Made by a program: the position numbers and the translations under genes. Shown piece after piece: positions 47,168 through 60,585 of a stretch of 64,000 bases of DNA. Under the pieces are notes generated by a model. It was not told the DNA's origin and did no database searches. It saw only the letters and a list, made by a program, of their open reading frames with translations. Positions within the stretch are counted from its first letter, which is position 1; every line of letters starts with the position of its first letter. Source of the DNA: Phoronis australis (taxonomy: Eukaryota; Animalia; Phoronida); contig NMRA01000894.1 of NCBI GenBank assembly GCA_002633005.1, positions 36,522 through 100,521 of the forward strand, in the 5' to 3' direction.

Positions 47168-47446
47168 ATGAAGTCTACAATGGCACGTTGGCTTCTCGTG
47201 GTCACAATTCTCCCGTTAGCGTCTAGCACCGTATTCCCAAATCCTTCAGAGGTGTTCTCTCACAACTCTGTCTTAGATGGAAATGACAATTACTACCTCT
47301 TCTGGAAGTATGATAATACGTCTATAACTTTCGAAGTACATGGCAGAACTAAGGGCTTCATTGGTTTTGGTATTTCGCCCAATGGAGGAATGGTCAACGC
47401 GGATGTCGTAGTTGGTTGGGTTCGCGACGGTAAAGCTTTCCTGCAG
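47168..47446 (+). CDS. MOXD1: MOXD1-like exon 1 (signal peptide, DOMON)
   Basis: ATG..GKAFLQ|gtaagc; the start could be Met1 or Met5. Confidence 0.92.
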
Positions 47447-50400
47447 GTAAGCTAGCCGAGTGCATAGACAGGGTCTATTTTACAATGACATTAAACCCTG
47501 TTGTTATGTTTCACCCGAATCTGTTTTTGTCATTTTCTAGTGACAGTACCCTCGTTTATTTCTTTACTCTGGTGGTTATTCCACAGAGATGTCGATGAAA
47601 TCGCTTCGTTTTGTCACATTTGCCTATTTAGCAGAGTTCGTGAAAAGTTTGTTTCGAACCTCTGAGGCTGACTAAGGTGACAGAGCATTTTATTGTTTCA
47701 AAATATTCTATAAGTTTATTTAAAAGATCTAATGCTACGTGATATTTATTAGGCTTATTCAGAAGCAAGATTACGGAAGAATACGTGATTGTATAATGTA
47801 ATAGGATATTGTTTATCATCCTCCGTTCCTACAATACAATATGGTATACGTAGGACCGTACAGACAAGCGCGTGTATTTAGCTAACTACGTATAACACTA
47901 TAGCTATAACTCAGCACAATATGCGTACGGAATATTAAATTTTTACTTTAAATATATCTCTCATTTGCTTGGTCACGTAAAGGATTGGTATATTCATAGG
48001 TTCACATGGCGTTTGATATAAATGCTCAAAAACGCTATTGCAGTTTTTTAAAATACCGGTTTTATTTAAGTTACGAGATTTTTTTCAGAAAAATCGTAAA
48101 AATCCTATTTTTGATAGTACCTCATTCAAAAGTAGAACATGGAAAATCCGAATCGTGTTTTGAAGAATATTGCAAAAAGCAAAGTATATGAAAATGTCAC
48201 ATGAATCCCATCAACCATTTGCGTCTTGTTGCATCATATTTATCTTTTTTTAAGTCTTTAAACATTATGTGATTCAGTAAATAGATAAACCATATAACTA
48301 GTCACGATGCAAAGTTAATGATATCCAAAACCTCCGAACGCTGCGCTTTTCCTCAGTTGATAATGCGAAGAGACACGGAAGAGAAAAAAATTAGAGAATG
48401 GATGTATTTTTACCTCATGGCAATGCATTACCGATACAGGTACTTGACATCTGACAGGACATTGAATAGCTCAAGGTATCATGTTAAACGTACAGTACTA
48501 CTTGTGGCCGAAATGGCAAAGCTACAAGTTTAACATTTAAATGCAATCGTTTTCAAGTGCCAGATGTGATTGGCTCTAGCAATGAACTGTTGTAACCTGA
48601 TTTCCGATCGTTCCCTGTGCCACCAACGCGTGCAGCACTCTTCCAATAGAATCATTACTAGGTGAGGAACGCGTCCATGAGTCGTCACAAGGTGACGCTA
48701 CAGGCAGTCAATATTGTGTTCGTTGTAGCATGTCCATACTTATATTCCAGGATCGGCATACCAAGGGAAAGTTTGAACCAATCATTGACAGTAAGCAAGA
48801 CTGGATCCTTATCTCAGGTCACGAAGATGCTGCCTTCACGGTGCTAAAGTTCAAGCGTGACTTGGACACCTGCGATAAAGAGAATGATATTGCAATTACG
48901 GTAAATGCCGCAGCTGAACGGGGAACTCACTAGGTGGCGCTCGGTAAACAAGGTCAGGCCCGCAAAAATTCCTCCTCTGTAATTGCATGCAATACAATAG
49001 CCTAAGTTATACATTACACTTGGCTCTACGTGTACAACATTAATTAAGAACTTCCTAATTTGCATAAAATGATTGGATTACAAAATCAAAAAATGACTGT
49101 CAATGGGATGCATTGCTCATGTCAAAACAAATATGCATATATGTACAGAGGATGAGATTGGGGTCCAAAACAAGTCCAACGAAAGTGCATTTACAATTAC
49201 CGCTCTCCGACAGAGGTCAACCAGAGATTATTGAATTACACCTACTAGTAGATGTTCTTGCTAAATACCGTACTGTACGAGCATAGGCCCATGCGTAGCT
49301 GCTGCGCCCATGCCTGAAACATTCGAGTAAAGGGAGACAACCTCTAAAGTAATGTTTGAAAAAACAACTTATCGGTTCAAATTGGAGGTCGCCGACAAAA
49401 TTTCAGATGCCTATTTCATAAAAAAATGACAAAATGTTGGTACCCCATACCCATCAATAATTTCCAAAATATATTCAATGAAAGGAATACTTCTTTCCGT
49501 CCACGAATTTCCTTGTGTCTCTCAAAGCAAGCATAAGTTTCAACATTAGAAGCATCATCTGAGAAAACCTGCAGCTAGAGGTCGGCGGAGGGATACTAAA
49601 TTGCATGGATTTTGACAATGGGGTTTTATTAAAGGTATCGAACAATAAAGGAAGAAGTTATTTTAAAAATTCCTAAAAATGTTTTTGTATGAATATCAGC
49701 ACATCCGATATTCCCATGTATTTTGATGGGGGAAATGGCTAACAAGTGGACCATTTCAAAAGGCTGTTATTAAAAAGTGGCACCAAACTATTTCAAACGG
49801 GATACTATTCCCAACACCAAACTATGATGAAACAAAAATATTCCGTCATCAAAACCATGGGAGGTTTTAGACGTTTTCTGTGAAATGCCGCCTAATACGC
49901 AGTATTTTGAGTAATTCTACTAAGCTTTCCTGCATTTGAGATAAATTCACTAAAACGAGAAGAGCCGTTCGCGTCTGTGTTCGGCGGACATTAAAATCCA
50001 AAGCGAGGCTCACTCCGATAAACAATGCGGAAGATGACCTTGCGTGAGTAAATGGCCCGGCGGTCTGTCGAGTCCAACCTGGATATTAAATCTTAAAAAT
50101 GTGTCGATAATTAACCAAAAGACACAGAAAAATACATTAGAGAACATGTCAATGCCCCCAAAGAGTTGTCTGACGAAAGGGTATAAGTTTTTTTCGGAGG
50201 TTCGAAGCATGGAAAGTAATTATAACCAAAACTGCGGCGATCGTAGCGTTACGGATTAGCTATTATGCTGGATGAAGGGTTACGTTTCTTCTTGTAAATT
50301 GTTGATGAAAATGCTTCCTACACGAACCAGGTCATCTTCTTCTATTGTTGGCGAGCTGAAGATATATTCGACAGAGGTGTCTCACCTGGTTTAACTTGTT

Positions 50401-53400
50401 GATCAATAATATTTATATCAAGCATATGGCCTAGCCCGGCCGGTGATCCTGGTGAGTTAGGGACTACCGGAACTCAAAACAGTTGATTTGTCATTGATCT
50501 TGAAGAATAACTGAAGTTATTGCAAATGTTTTTGTTTAAATAAAAACAGGCTCGTAATTGAAAATAAAAATTATTTGACCATTTTTTAAATTAAAAAAAA
50601 AATAAAATCTGGAGCAAAGCCCCAGAAATCGCTTTCGCATTATATCCAGGTTCTCATTCACTCCCTTGCACACACTCACAAGTAATTATTTGACCATCAA
50701 TTCTGCTTTCTTGGTTTTAATAATTCTTACGTCTATTTCATCTGTTAGGGTTCAATTCAATCTGGAACAAGTTGAATTTTAAAATTAAAACACCGAATTC
50801 GTTCGTCCAAAGCATAACCTCGTTTAGAGATCAATTTCAGTTAACTGGACAGAGCAAGCATAGTTATTATGTTTCTTCAGTGGCCTCGTTCATCCGAGGG
50901 GAAAAGTGCCTGTGCCTTCTGAGAGGGAATTTTTTTGCCGACCTAACCCTCCCTCACTGAAAACGCAGATGTGCCACTGGCATCATTACTTCCACCACAA
51001 TCACCACCACCACCACCACCACCATCACCATCACCAGCATCACCTCCTCCNNNNNNNNNNNNNNNNNNNNNNNNNNNCACCTCCACCACCACCATCACCT
51101 CCACCACCACCATCACCTCCACCATCACCACCACCTTCACCTCCGCCACCATTATATCCATCCCACCACCATCATCATCATCAAGTTAACAATTCAACTA
51201 ATCAGGCAATTCAGTCTTTCTGTCACGCCGCAAATAATTTCCTTGAAGTCAATGGCACAACGAATAAACGTCTCTAGTTCGTTTTATAAAATTATCCTTG
51301 CAAAGATTTAATTGAACGGGGTTTACTCCCACAGTAACGGAAGTTAGTCACTCATACTTCTACCACAACAACTGAGTTTTTTTCAACTGCGGTGACTGGA
51401 AATGGCACGCTGGTAACACGGATGTACTACGATTTCACAATGTGGGTTTACTCGTTGTCATTTATTGTAAGCAAACTTCGTTTCAGGATGGCACGACCAG
51501 GGTGATCTTCGCTTGGAGTTCCTTCGAGCCTACCTCTGGTTCCAACATCATTTACCATGGCTCCAACAGGGGCACAAAGTCCGTCCTACTTCTCCAACCC
51601 ACCATAGATGTGCCGAAATTGCCAGTAAAGGACATATACACGTATGACCTTCTCATGCCGAGGGTGAGATTTTTCAGCTGCGTATTCATCATTACAATAC
51701 AAGAAATTATTTTCTTCGTTCAGAACGCAAGGAGACGAACGTTCTGTAAATTCCAGTCCTTTGTAAAGCCAATAAAATGTCAGTGAAACTCAAAGCCATT
51801 CAAGTGTAGTGGCCATTTTGTGGATGCGTACAGTACAAGAAATTAAAAAGATTGATTTTAAAATATTAGCTCAAAATTTGAAGGTGCTTGCTACCATGAA
51901 GCTTTAAACCAAAATGAAGAGGAAAGAACGTCTTTCAAGATCAAATAATGGTATTAACAATTCGAGGAAGTCTACGGCTGTCAACGAATTTTTTTTCAAC
52001 ATCGGTTGCATAAAGTACGTATAAGCTTTGTAATGCTTTCTCAACTTTCTTAGATAACGGATTATCTCTTTATCGCCATCTCCAATGTGCCATTGTGCAC
52101 ACGCTGTTATAGATCTGCAGAAATAACAGTCGCAAACTATTTTAAAGGTACCCCTATAAAACAATACCGAAACGAAAAAGCAGCTTTGAAGTTCACATTG
52201 AGTTGTTTCTACTTCAGATGAAGGTACCTTCAGAACGAACCACGTACTGGTGCACGGCCTTCAACTTCCCCAAGTTTGACCGGAAGTACCATGTTGTGAA
52301 GGTAAGGTGGAGTAACGTCGTCCAACTACTGGCGAAAGCCAATAAAGTTGATGAAAATATGATTTGACTGTTTCCAGTTCAGACTGTTTCTCCTCTGCTC
52401 CTTTTGAAAAGTCGTCTTTCTCATGCAGTTGCTCGTGCACGCTACTTTAGACGAATGGTAGGACACCGATACAGATGCAAGTGTGAAGACGTGTATTTCA
52501 AAGTCTTGTTCATCTTTGCAGTACGAGCCTGTTATCACCCCTGGCAACGAGGGAATCGTCCATCACATTCTAGTTTATGGATGCTACCACAAAATCGATC
52601 TGGGTCACCACGGCAGAAGCGCCGATTGCGGTGCTAACAACGCTATGCCACCGGAACTGATGAAGTGCACCACCGTTATTCTAGCTTGGGCAATAGGTGG
52701 CACTGTAAGTGCGGTGTTTGACTGTTAGGGCGGACAGACATATGTGGTGACAGACAGGCAAATTTATGTTGCGTGTGTTAATATTTTAATGAAAATTGAA
52801 AACAAAATGTTCGACTCCCGTATATAAGCGCTACAGCATTCAATAGGCCTTGTCTGAGATATGCTTCTGTTGACTTCCTAATTGAAAACTCTTTTATGCA
52901 TAGGTTGTTACCACAAAACAGGTTTCTAAATTGTCACGAAGGAAGATAGTACCGGGGTTTTCCGTAGATAAGCCCAGCCGATGAAACGCCCATGTGCGTT
53001 TATTCAGAAAATTATGCCGAATAAACGCCCATGGTGTTGGACCTTCTCGTGTCAAGTGTCTAGATAGTGGTGCTTTAATTCGGAAAATTTCATCTTAAAC
53101 GCCCACTTAGAGTCAACAAATTCAGTTTTGTAGAAGATTTATTATGCTGAACTATACTAACAGAACTTCCCCGAATTTGTTTTTTTTTCACAATACTATG
53201 TGGCCGAGTTTTCAAGCCGGCCGAAGTTCACAGATTTTCTGTTGAACGACTTTTGGTACTATCATCTTTGTAACAAGGAGATCTAGAAGTGATGCACACA
53301 TATTTTCTTGTCCCGCTGGGCAGATATTGCGATTGATAAGCTGCTATAGAAGTTTCACTTACAAAAATACATATAGCGCTTCATACTGGTATTTACGTCA

Positions 53401-56400
53401 CGAAAGTTATGACTTTCCGTTTACACGCCCCCTTTTCCGAGTAAACGCCCGGGCGTTTATTGATGTTCCTAAACTGTCTTGAAATTTTCATTTTCCGTAT
53501 TCACGCCCAGGGGCTTATCCACAGAAAACCCCGGTATATATAAAATCTTTGAGAAATATATATATTGGTTAAGTGTATTCCAATATCAACTTTGAGACGT
53601 ATATGCTGGTAAAGTGCGTCCGAATATCAACTTTTCGTGATTCATTACTTGCGTCTAACAATTCACTGAATTCAACTACTTTATAATGAACTCTCTTTTG
53701 TATGAGTTTTCTTCTGTTCAGCAATAGGAGGCAGATGAGTTCACGAATTTCGTAAATTCCGCAAAACGGCTATAAATCACTTTCTGTCCAAGAAGCGAAC
53801 TTATGATTTAGGCAACTTACTGCTATGAAACTGTTCTCACCATGTTCCATACTGAGAAGTACTTTCTGAGTTTGGAAAGCAAAACTGACAGTTTAGTAAG
53901 ACTGCATGCTTCGCAGTATGAAGTCAACTTGTAGAGACACTGTGATCTCAAACAATAAGGTGTGAATCAAAAGTTGTTTTAGCTAAAGTTGTCAGGTTCA
54001 GGGCCGATTAGATAATGATAAATCAGGATTACACTTTCCTTTGTTTTTATATTTTTACGAAATTACAAAAATGCCTCGTGGTTTGTATTGTAACCTGTAG
54101 ATGTCCGGTGTATACTATATTATTTTTTGCCTTTTGCATTTCATCTCTAGGCCTACAACTACCCTGCACACGTGGGGTGGCCAATGGGCGATGGTGGAGA
54201 CCCCACTTTCCTCAGGATGGAGGTGCATTATGACAACCCCATGGGTCGAACCGGTAATTGCATGTATTTTCTGCAGGAAAGTGTTAGTTAAAAACAACTT
54301 CACGGACTGGAACATTTTCCATTGGTTTGATACCCTGTTAGTGATACGTAATGAGTGTTTGTACTGAAAATTTATCAGCTAAAAATAGAAGAAAACGTGC
54401 GTATGTTTTTAACTGAATATTTTCTGTGATCATCAAGGATTTGAAAAGTATCTGCTTTAATGGGCAATCAATTGGTTTTAAACGACAGTTGGAAACTGAT
54501 GACCTGGGTAAAGAAGTTATGCAGTTATCGTAAATATTATTATTTTAGATGTCATGGATAACTCGGGCCTACGAGTTTACTACACGCCAAAACTGCGTCA
54601 GTACGACAGCGGTGTTCTAGAGGTGGGTGTGCTTGTGAGCCCACAACAAATGATCCCGCCACAGTTCGACAATATGATCAGCCGAGGTTACTGTTACAAA
54701 GACTGCACCCAGAAGGTACGAAAATAGATGTAAATTGAATAATCCAAAACCCGTCTAACGTGCCGTACAAATGTCCAACATTTACACCCGTTGGCCTGAT
54801 TTCTGTTACCACTTTACATATTTTATTGAAAGGTGTACGTGCACGTCTCTCTACTTATCGGTATACAAACGTTAGTGTGCATTATTCTCTGTAGAACCAA
54901 CTGATTGACCACGACATCTTCTGATCATCGGTTGAGGCAACTGATCGACCGCCACAACTTCTGAGGTCAGTCCCGATGGCGACAGCAGTCACAAATACAG
55001 ACATATTAAGTTGCCCACTTTATTTACAGCTGACTGCATGACTTTTACCAAACTTCATGGGGCCATAGAAATCCCAGTGTTTACAAGATAGCCAGTTTAT
55101 GTGTTAAAATCCGGGCTATAGGCTTTTGTTTCACGAAGATCAGTCACAAGGGTTCGGAGATGAATCTTCACCACGGAAGCGAAAACCTTACAACGCAAAA
55201 AACTATTACAATGACCTGCACACAACAGTTTTTACGTAGTTATTTGGGCGTGGTAAATGCTGGCCATGGAAAAGTTTGTGGAGATTGGCGAGGTTTCCTT
55301 CCTGAAGTAAGGGTTCCGACTTTTACATGTTGTGCGGCCCGTGATAAGAGTTGGTCACTGTACCTGAGTCAACTACCAGCAGAAAACTTTTGCTATGTCT
55401 GACGGATGAGTCTATTGTCACGATTTGATTTAAGATATGCCGATCAGATCGTCGCCCTGTGATTTGCTGAAACCACAAAAAGTGATCAATTATTTCTCGT
55501 TCCGCAGGCTATACCTAAGGAGGGCATTCATTTTTTCACTTCTCTACCTCACGCTCATCTCCTCGGCAAAGGCGTCAGCACCAGGCTAGTGCGTAATGGT
55601 GTGGAGGTAGCGACACTTGGAGAGGACATGTCGTACGATTTCGATTTTCAGGAATACCGCCACCTGCCCGAAGAAGTTACAGTTTACCCGGTAAGTAGCT
55701 GATTCAGTTATATAGCGAACGCGTACGTCTAATAATGTCGGATATTTGAATCCATCATGGTAAAAATATTTCAACTTAAAAGTAATTTGTCGCTGGCAAA
55801 ATGGCGTTCAAAGGACAGATTTTAGTTAGCTCTTCAGCATCTTCCCCAACAACCCGTATATAAGAAAATCACTCGAGAAATTTGACTTGTTAAAGGAACA
55901 GTCCCGTTTTTACGGTCAAAAACGCAAAAAAAATTGTTGTTGGGTGGCATAGGATTTTTTTCAAATCATCAGCGTGGATCGGAACAATAAATCTACCAAT
56001 CCGTAGTGGCTTTGGGATTTTTATTGCAAGTCGACATTTTCGTCGTTGTCTGCCAGACATTCATTGAAACTAAGGCTCATGACTGCAAGTTAAATACGCT
56101 GAAAGTACTCTGAAAATACTCTGCCTATCGAGTGGAGTGTAACTCCTGCCCTGCAGCACAGCGTTTGACAGCAACCGTGAAAGTTCCAGGGTCGAGTTCA
56201 CGCCGGGGCTAATCTCAGAAAAAAACATTTTCCTCAACCATGACGCCTCACGGAATTGGCGGCGAATGACGATTTGAAAAAAAAAACAATAAAAAGTGAT
56301 CACCGCGAACGTAAGTGAAGTTGGTGACAACCTGGGGGCAAGGAAGATGACGAAGGAGGGGTAAAATACCCCTACCGAGAAATGCCCGAACAAGCGGTCA

Positions 56401-59400
56401 TGTTCCTCCCAATGACTTGGCTTGAGCGTCAAAAAGGAAATCTTGATGGCATCTGAGGGACGCGAAATTGTTAATGTGTCTGAGAGATTTTAAAAATTGT
56501 GTCATCTGGGATAAAATTGAATTTGTTTGTGACCACAGTAACGCTAAACCTCCACCGGTCTGTACAGGGGTGTTTTATTGATATACACTCGGTTATCTGT
56601 AAACAGGTCGGAAGAGAGTTGAAAAAGTTCCTGATGGAGGGGCAAGTTTGGGTTAGAGGTTCGAGATAACGCAAGGCTGAATATTACAGTGCGTTTTCGT
56701 TGGTTTCAAAAGCTATAGATTCATCTGTGTAGATGAATTACTTTTCATGCCACTTTTATTTCTAGGGCGATGAATTTATCACCGAGTGTCACTATAAGTC
56801 GACCGGAAAAAGGACCATCACGCATGTGAGTAATCGCCTTGTTTGAGGAATGAGTCGCAGGAGCGTTTACCTAAAATGGGAAAATTCTAACGCCGTTTTA
56901 ACGCTGGTTCTACTTACGCGTTTATCTGTGACGTTTGGGGATACAATCTGTCTTGGCATGCTCACTCTGCAGTCCGAAATAATGCCTTTTTCGTGGCCTT
57001 TTTTTACCCTAGTGGTTCGCATGCAAGCGCTATTCCGTGCAGACGACGACGGGCCTAAACGAGCGGCAATACGTATTAGCACGTGGATCACACCAGAGTT
57101 CGTTATTTGATCTATGCTTTCTACCGATCATCAGAATCTTTGAAGAAACGTAACTGAAATAAACCACGATCTTGTGAAGAATGATTTAGACAGGACAACA
57201 AAAATCAGCGGAAGCAAAAAATAACAAACTCGGCTTGAGACCTTTGTCAAAGCAAAAAGTACAACAAAAGCAAAACAGTCTACGTTTTTGCCGATATTTA
57301 GATTTGCTTCGCATTCCTTAAAATTATAGTCCTAAATGGATCTTGTTTATGGCAAAAATGTATCTACTGACTATTCACAAGTTTGCCACACAGGTAGTTC
57401 ATACTGAGGTGCCCGGTGTTTAGCACATGAAATAAGTCTAATGAATGGGACGCTAATATAGGAATAATCATTACACTCTCTTCATGGCTCAAAGTAGATC
57501 TGAAAAGGAACATTTTGCCAGGAAGGAAAGCAGACGTCCCTAAGTTATCAAGAGCAGAAATGATGGCTTGGCAATTGTTTTTGATGCCTGATATTACAGT
57601 GGCGGATCTAGGATATCACAAGGGGGGCCCAACATTTTGTCCGGCTGTAAGCATTTGCGCAAACTGAACCACGATTGTAGATGCGCATAGCACCCAATGG
57701 GGGGAGGTCGGGAGGGGGGCAAATTTTTCTGTTTTTACCTCTAAAAATCAAGCATTTTCTTTGATTTCTGAAGTATTATCCAAGAAAAAAAGGCAAAAAA
57801 AAACAAAAAACAAAAAACGGAGAACGCGTCAAACAGGAAAAACTGCAAGTATCAAAGACTCGAACTCACGACCTGACGCAAAGGCGCGCTTGCGTTACCA
57901 CTACACCACCACGATTAACTAACAACTTCATGCTAAGAGACCTACTTGTTTATGGTCCACAGCGTTTGCGCGCGAAATCTACTTCTTTTTGTAATGCTTA
58001 TTACACGTTTTATATTTTGTGCCATCGATTCTTAACAAATTTGTCGTATTTAAAATAGTCTTCAAATGCCAAAAAGACCAAATCCGTTTTTCGTGTTGGC
58101 AATAATGACGGGATTGCTTTGGAAATCGCCTTAAGATAAGGTTTGACAAAGAGAGTATTGCGAGTTTCTGAGTGATTCACTAAGGCTTTGATTAAAATTC
58201 ACATCTTACCAGCAGCGTCTGTTTTTTCATCGTCACTCAGGTTCCATTTTCTTTAAAAAATGAAGTAAATTTTCTTCATTGCACAGTGGAGCAGACGACG
58301 GAAACGGAGTCGTAGTGCGCAGCGCCACTGCCGGTCGCCTGGGATATCGCGAGAGAGCCTATACTTAGCCATAGTTCCGTTACGAATGCGCCGTGTTCCG
58401 AATTTGACACTTGAAATTGGATTTGAGCCCCCCCCATCACTAAAACTGCATAAATTTAAATTTTTTTTCATCCGTATAATCTTAATTACCGGGGTTAATT
58501 AATAAACTCAACATTTCCCTACGCTCTTACTGTTTTATTTTTTTGCGGCAGCCAAGGGGGGGGGGAGGGCCCGGGCCCCCTGGCCCCCCCCCTTAATCCG
58601 CCTATGTATTACAAGATGCTTTTTTCGTCTCGGATTACATGTGGATAAAATTTGACCAGATATTAGTAAAACGATACAAGCCAGTGTTGGCTAGGTGACT
58701 TATTGTTACTTTCTAGGGTGGTCTGGGCACCACGGAGGAAATGTGCCTCAACTTCATGCTGTATTACCCAAGGATGGATTTCTCGAGATGCGACAGTCTT
58801 CCTAGCTATCAAGTGTTGAAAGGCGCAGGTGTTCCCTGGAAAACCAAGAACCCAGGGAATTCATTCAAGAATATCTACGAGTTTGTGTACGCCACTAACT
58901 GGGGAGAGAAGGACAACCGCAATTACTTTCAGAGTCTAGTGGATAATTCACTCAACTGGATGTCATGCGAGAAGAGGAACATGGACCAATACCTGGTAAG
59001 TTAGGTGAATGTTCCAAGGCACACGCAGTGCCATCTGTCGTAATTGTTGTCTCGGTTCATCTTCTTGAGGTGGAATTCCAACTCATTTAGCTTCCTCAAG
59101 GCGAGATGATAACACCAGGGAAAACAGAGTTTTAAATTGACTCAACGGGAATTATTCATCGGTGACAATTTGATTGGTTCAGTTCAGTTTGAAGTTTGTG
59201 ACCTTGACATCATTATCGCTGTTTCATATTTTAAACATAACAGTACTGTTGTAATTGTAGTCTTCATGACCACTGCCGTTCAGTAACGCTAGGACCTACG
59301 CTACGATCTAGCTGAAATCTAGCCAAAGTCACGTGATATCATTTCAAATACACAACAATATCTCAAGTAATCTCGCGAAGTCTTACTTTTTAGCGAGGTC

Positions 59401-60139
59401 CTAGCGTGAACGGGAAGCAGGACTGTTTTTTCACTCCCTTCTCCGAAACCGTAGGCACTGTATTACATGTAGCTATGGCCACACTTAATTAAAAACGAAA
59501 TTTGAAGGAGCTGAAAAAAAAACTACTGCCGTGGAGTGACGACTTTCAAAATTCTTGGATGATTTGCGAGAGTTTGCGAGAGTTTGTTTGCATGTCATAC
59601 AATTAAGTAACATTTCGATTTGCGAGAGTTTGTTTGCCTGTCATTAAACAAACAACAGTTCCATTTCCACATACTCTAATAGAGTGTTTGTTTTTAGGAC
59701 ATTGGTAAACAGTGGAAACCAATCGAGGTTAAGAAACGTTTGACGAAAGCCAGCACGTGCCCTAAACAGTAGAGGTCTTCTTGTAGAAGTGGTGCCATAT
59801 TTTCTGTACCGTATTTTCAGGGGACAAATAATTCTTTTCGACAAATAAATTTGGTTCGAAGCTTGAATTGTTTTTGTTTTCTTAAACAATCAACATATAT
59901 AATTCACAGTCTGCGTTAACTAGCTTAACTTGTCAACGTATTCATGTTTACGGTTTAAAGATGCATTTTGCCAGGTTTAGTTGCTAAGACATAAAAACCA
60001 AATTAGTCATTTTAGCCTAACGAAGTCGGTCTGATACACATCCTTGCCACGACAGATTTCTATTAATGTTACCATCGACAACATGGAAACCATCAGCGAC
60101 TCAAAAATATGCGTCAAACTTCAATGGGGCAACTTGTAG
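47168..60139 (+). CDS. MOXD1: DBH-like copper type II ascorbate-dependent monooxygenase (MOXD1-like), ~582 aa; join(47168-47446,48751-48900,51487-51663,52218-52301,52522-52704,54151-54253,54549-54715,55508-55690,56766-56825,58717-58995,60056-60139)
   Basis: Signal peptide and DOMON domain (YYLFWK..GFIGFGISPNGGMVNADVVVGW..QDW..FKRDLDTCD..TTRVIFAW), 'TTYWC', CuH ligands VHHIL and MEVHYDNP, CuM ligands HAH and EEMC, and 'YDFDFQE'. All introns are GT-AG in phase. The last exon is less certain, and orthology to MOXD1 versus a paralog is not established. Confidence 0.92.
48751..48900 (+). CDS. MOXD1: MOXD1-like exon 2
   Basis: ttccag|DRHT..QDW..RDLDTCD..IT|gtaaat. Confidence 0.93.
50992..51182. 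repeat. (CAC/CAT/CTC)n microsatellite containing an assembly gap (51051-51077)
   Basis: Trinucleotide runs in MOXD1-like intron 2. Confidence 0.95.
51487..51663 (+). CDS. MOXD1: MOXD1-like exon 3
   Basis: tttcag|DGTTRVIFAW..YHGSNRGTKSVLLL..|gtgaga. Confidence 0.93.
52218..52301 (+). CDS. MOXD1: MOXD1-like exon 4
   Basis: cttcag|MKVPSERTTYWCTAFNFPKFDRKYHVVK|gtaagg. Confidence 0.93.
52522..52704 (+). CDS. MOXD1: MOXD1-like exon 5 (HH copper ligands)
   Basis: ttgcag|YEPVITPGNEGIVHHILVYGC..AWAIGGT|gtaagt. Confidence 0.95.
52952..53534. mobile_element. Tc1/mariner(pogo)-type MITE
   Basis: TA TSDs, TIRs CCGGGGTTTTCCGTAGATAAGCCC / reverse-complement CCGGGGTTTTCTGTGGATAAGCCC, and internal ACGCCC repeats. 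Confidence 0.85.
54151..54253 (+). CDS. MOXD1: MOXD1-like exon 6
   Basis: ctctag|AYNYPAHVG..MEVHYDNP..|gtaatt. Confidence 0.95.
54549..54715 (+). CDS. MOXD1: MOXD1-like exon 7
   Basis: ttttag|DVMDNSGLRVYYTPKLRQYDSG..IPP..GYCYKDCTQK|gtacga. Confidence 0.95.
55508..55690 (+). CDS. MOXD1: MOXD1-like exon 8 (HxH ligands)
   Basis: ccgcag|AIPKEGI..PHAHLLG..YDFDFQE..VYP|gtaagt. Confidence 0.95.
56766..56825 (+). CDS. MOXD1: MOXD1-like exon 9
   Basis: ttctag|GDEFITECHYKSTGKRTITH|gtgagt. Confidence 0.93.
57597..58606. mobile_element. hAT-like MITE with a 5-bp TSD, containing a tRNA-like segment
   Basis: Ends CAGTGGCGGATCTAGG / reverse-complement CATAGGCGGATTAAGG, TATTA duplicated (57592-57596, 58607-58611), and G/C-run subtermini. 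Confidence 0.75.
58717..58995 (+). CDS. MOXD1: MOXD1-like exon 10 (Met ligand)
   Basis: ttctag|GGLGTTEEMCLNFMLYYPR..|gtaagt. Confidence 0.95.
60056..60139 (+). CDS. MOXD1: MOXD1-like probable last exon
   Basis: cgacag|ISINVTIDNMETISDSKICVKLQWGNL, stop TAG. An alternative acceptor at 60015/60016 is possible. Confidence 0.55.
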   Translation: MSINVTIDNMETISDSKICVKLQWGNL

Positions 60140-60467
60140 AGCGTGGTCCTCAGCGACTAACTCGGTCAGAAATTACCGTCCACTGTTAATGGGGAACAGT
60201 TACCGTCCACTGTGCGTAGGGAACAATTTAGATCATTTGATGACGGTAAGTGTTCTGAGTTGACTTCTGCGGAAGGCGGCTTGACGCTTTATGTTGATCT
60301 CTGTGAAGGCGGTTTGACGCTTTAAGATTTTTAATAGTCGAAATGTTAAATTTGCTTTGCGAAATAAAACTCTTGTTTATAAACAGGGTGCTGCACCAAT
60401 GCAACCGTGAGCTGCAGTCAGCCGGTATCTATCATGGGCCGTTGGGGGGGAAGTGTCGCCGGAAAAA

Positions 60468-60585
60468 TACGAGCGTAATTATGTACATTACGCCGTTATT
60501 TACGCCGTTATTTACGCCGTTAATTACGCCGTAAAATTACGAGCGTAATTCAATTCTTTACGGCGTAAAATTACGCTCGTAATTT
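60468..60585. repeat. 12-13-bp CpG-rich repeat array, partly inverted
   Basis: TTACGCCGTTAT / TTACGAGCGTAA units in both orientations. Confidence 0.85.

Noticed and set aside
50906-51277. Poly-His / poly-Pro protein
   Set aside because: (CAC)n microsatellite with an N gap inside an intron.
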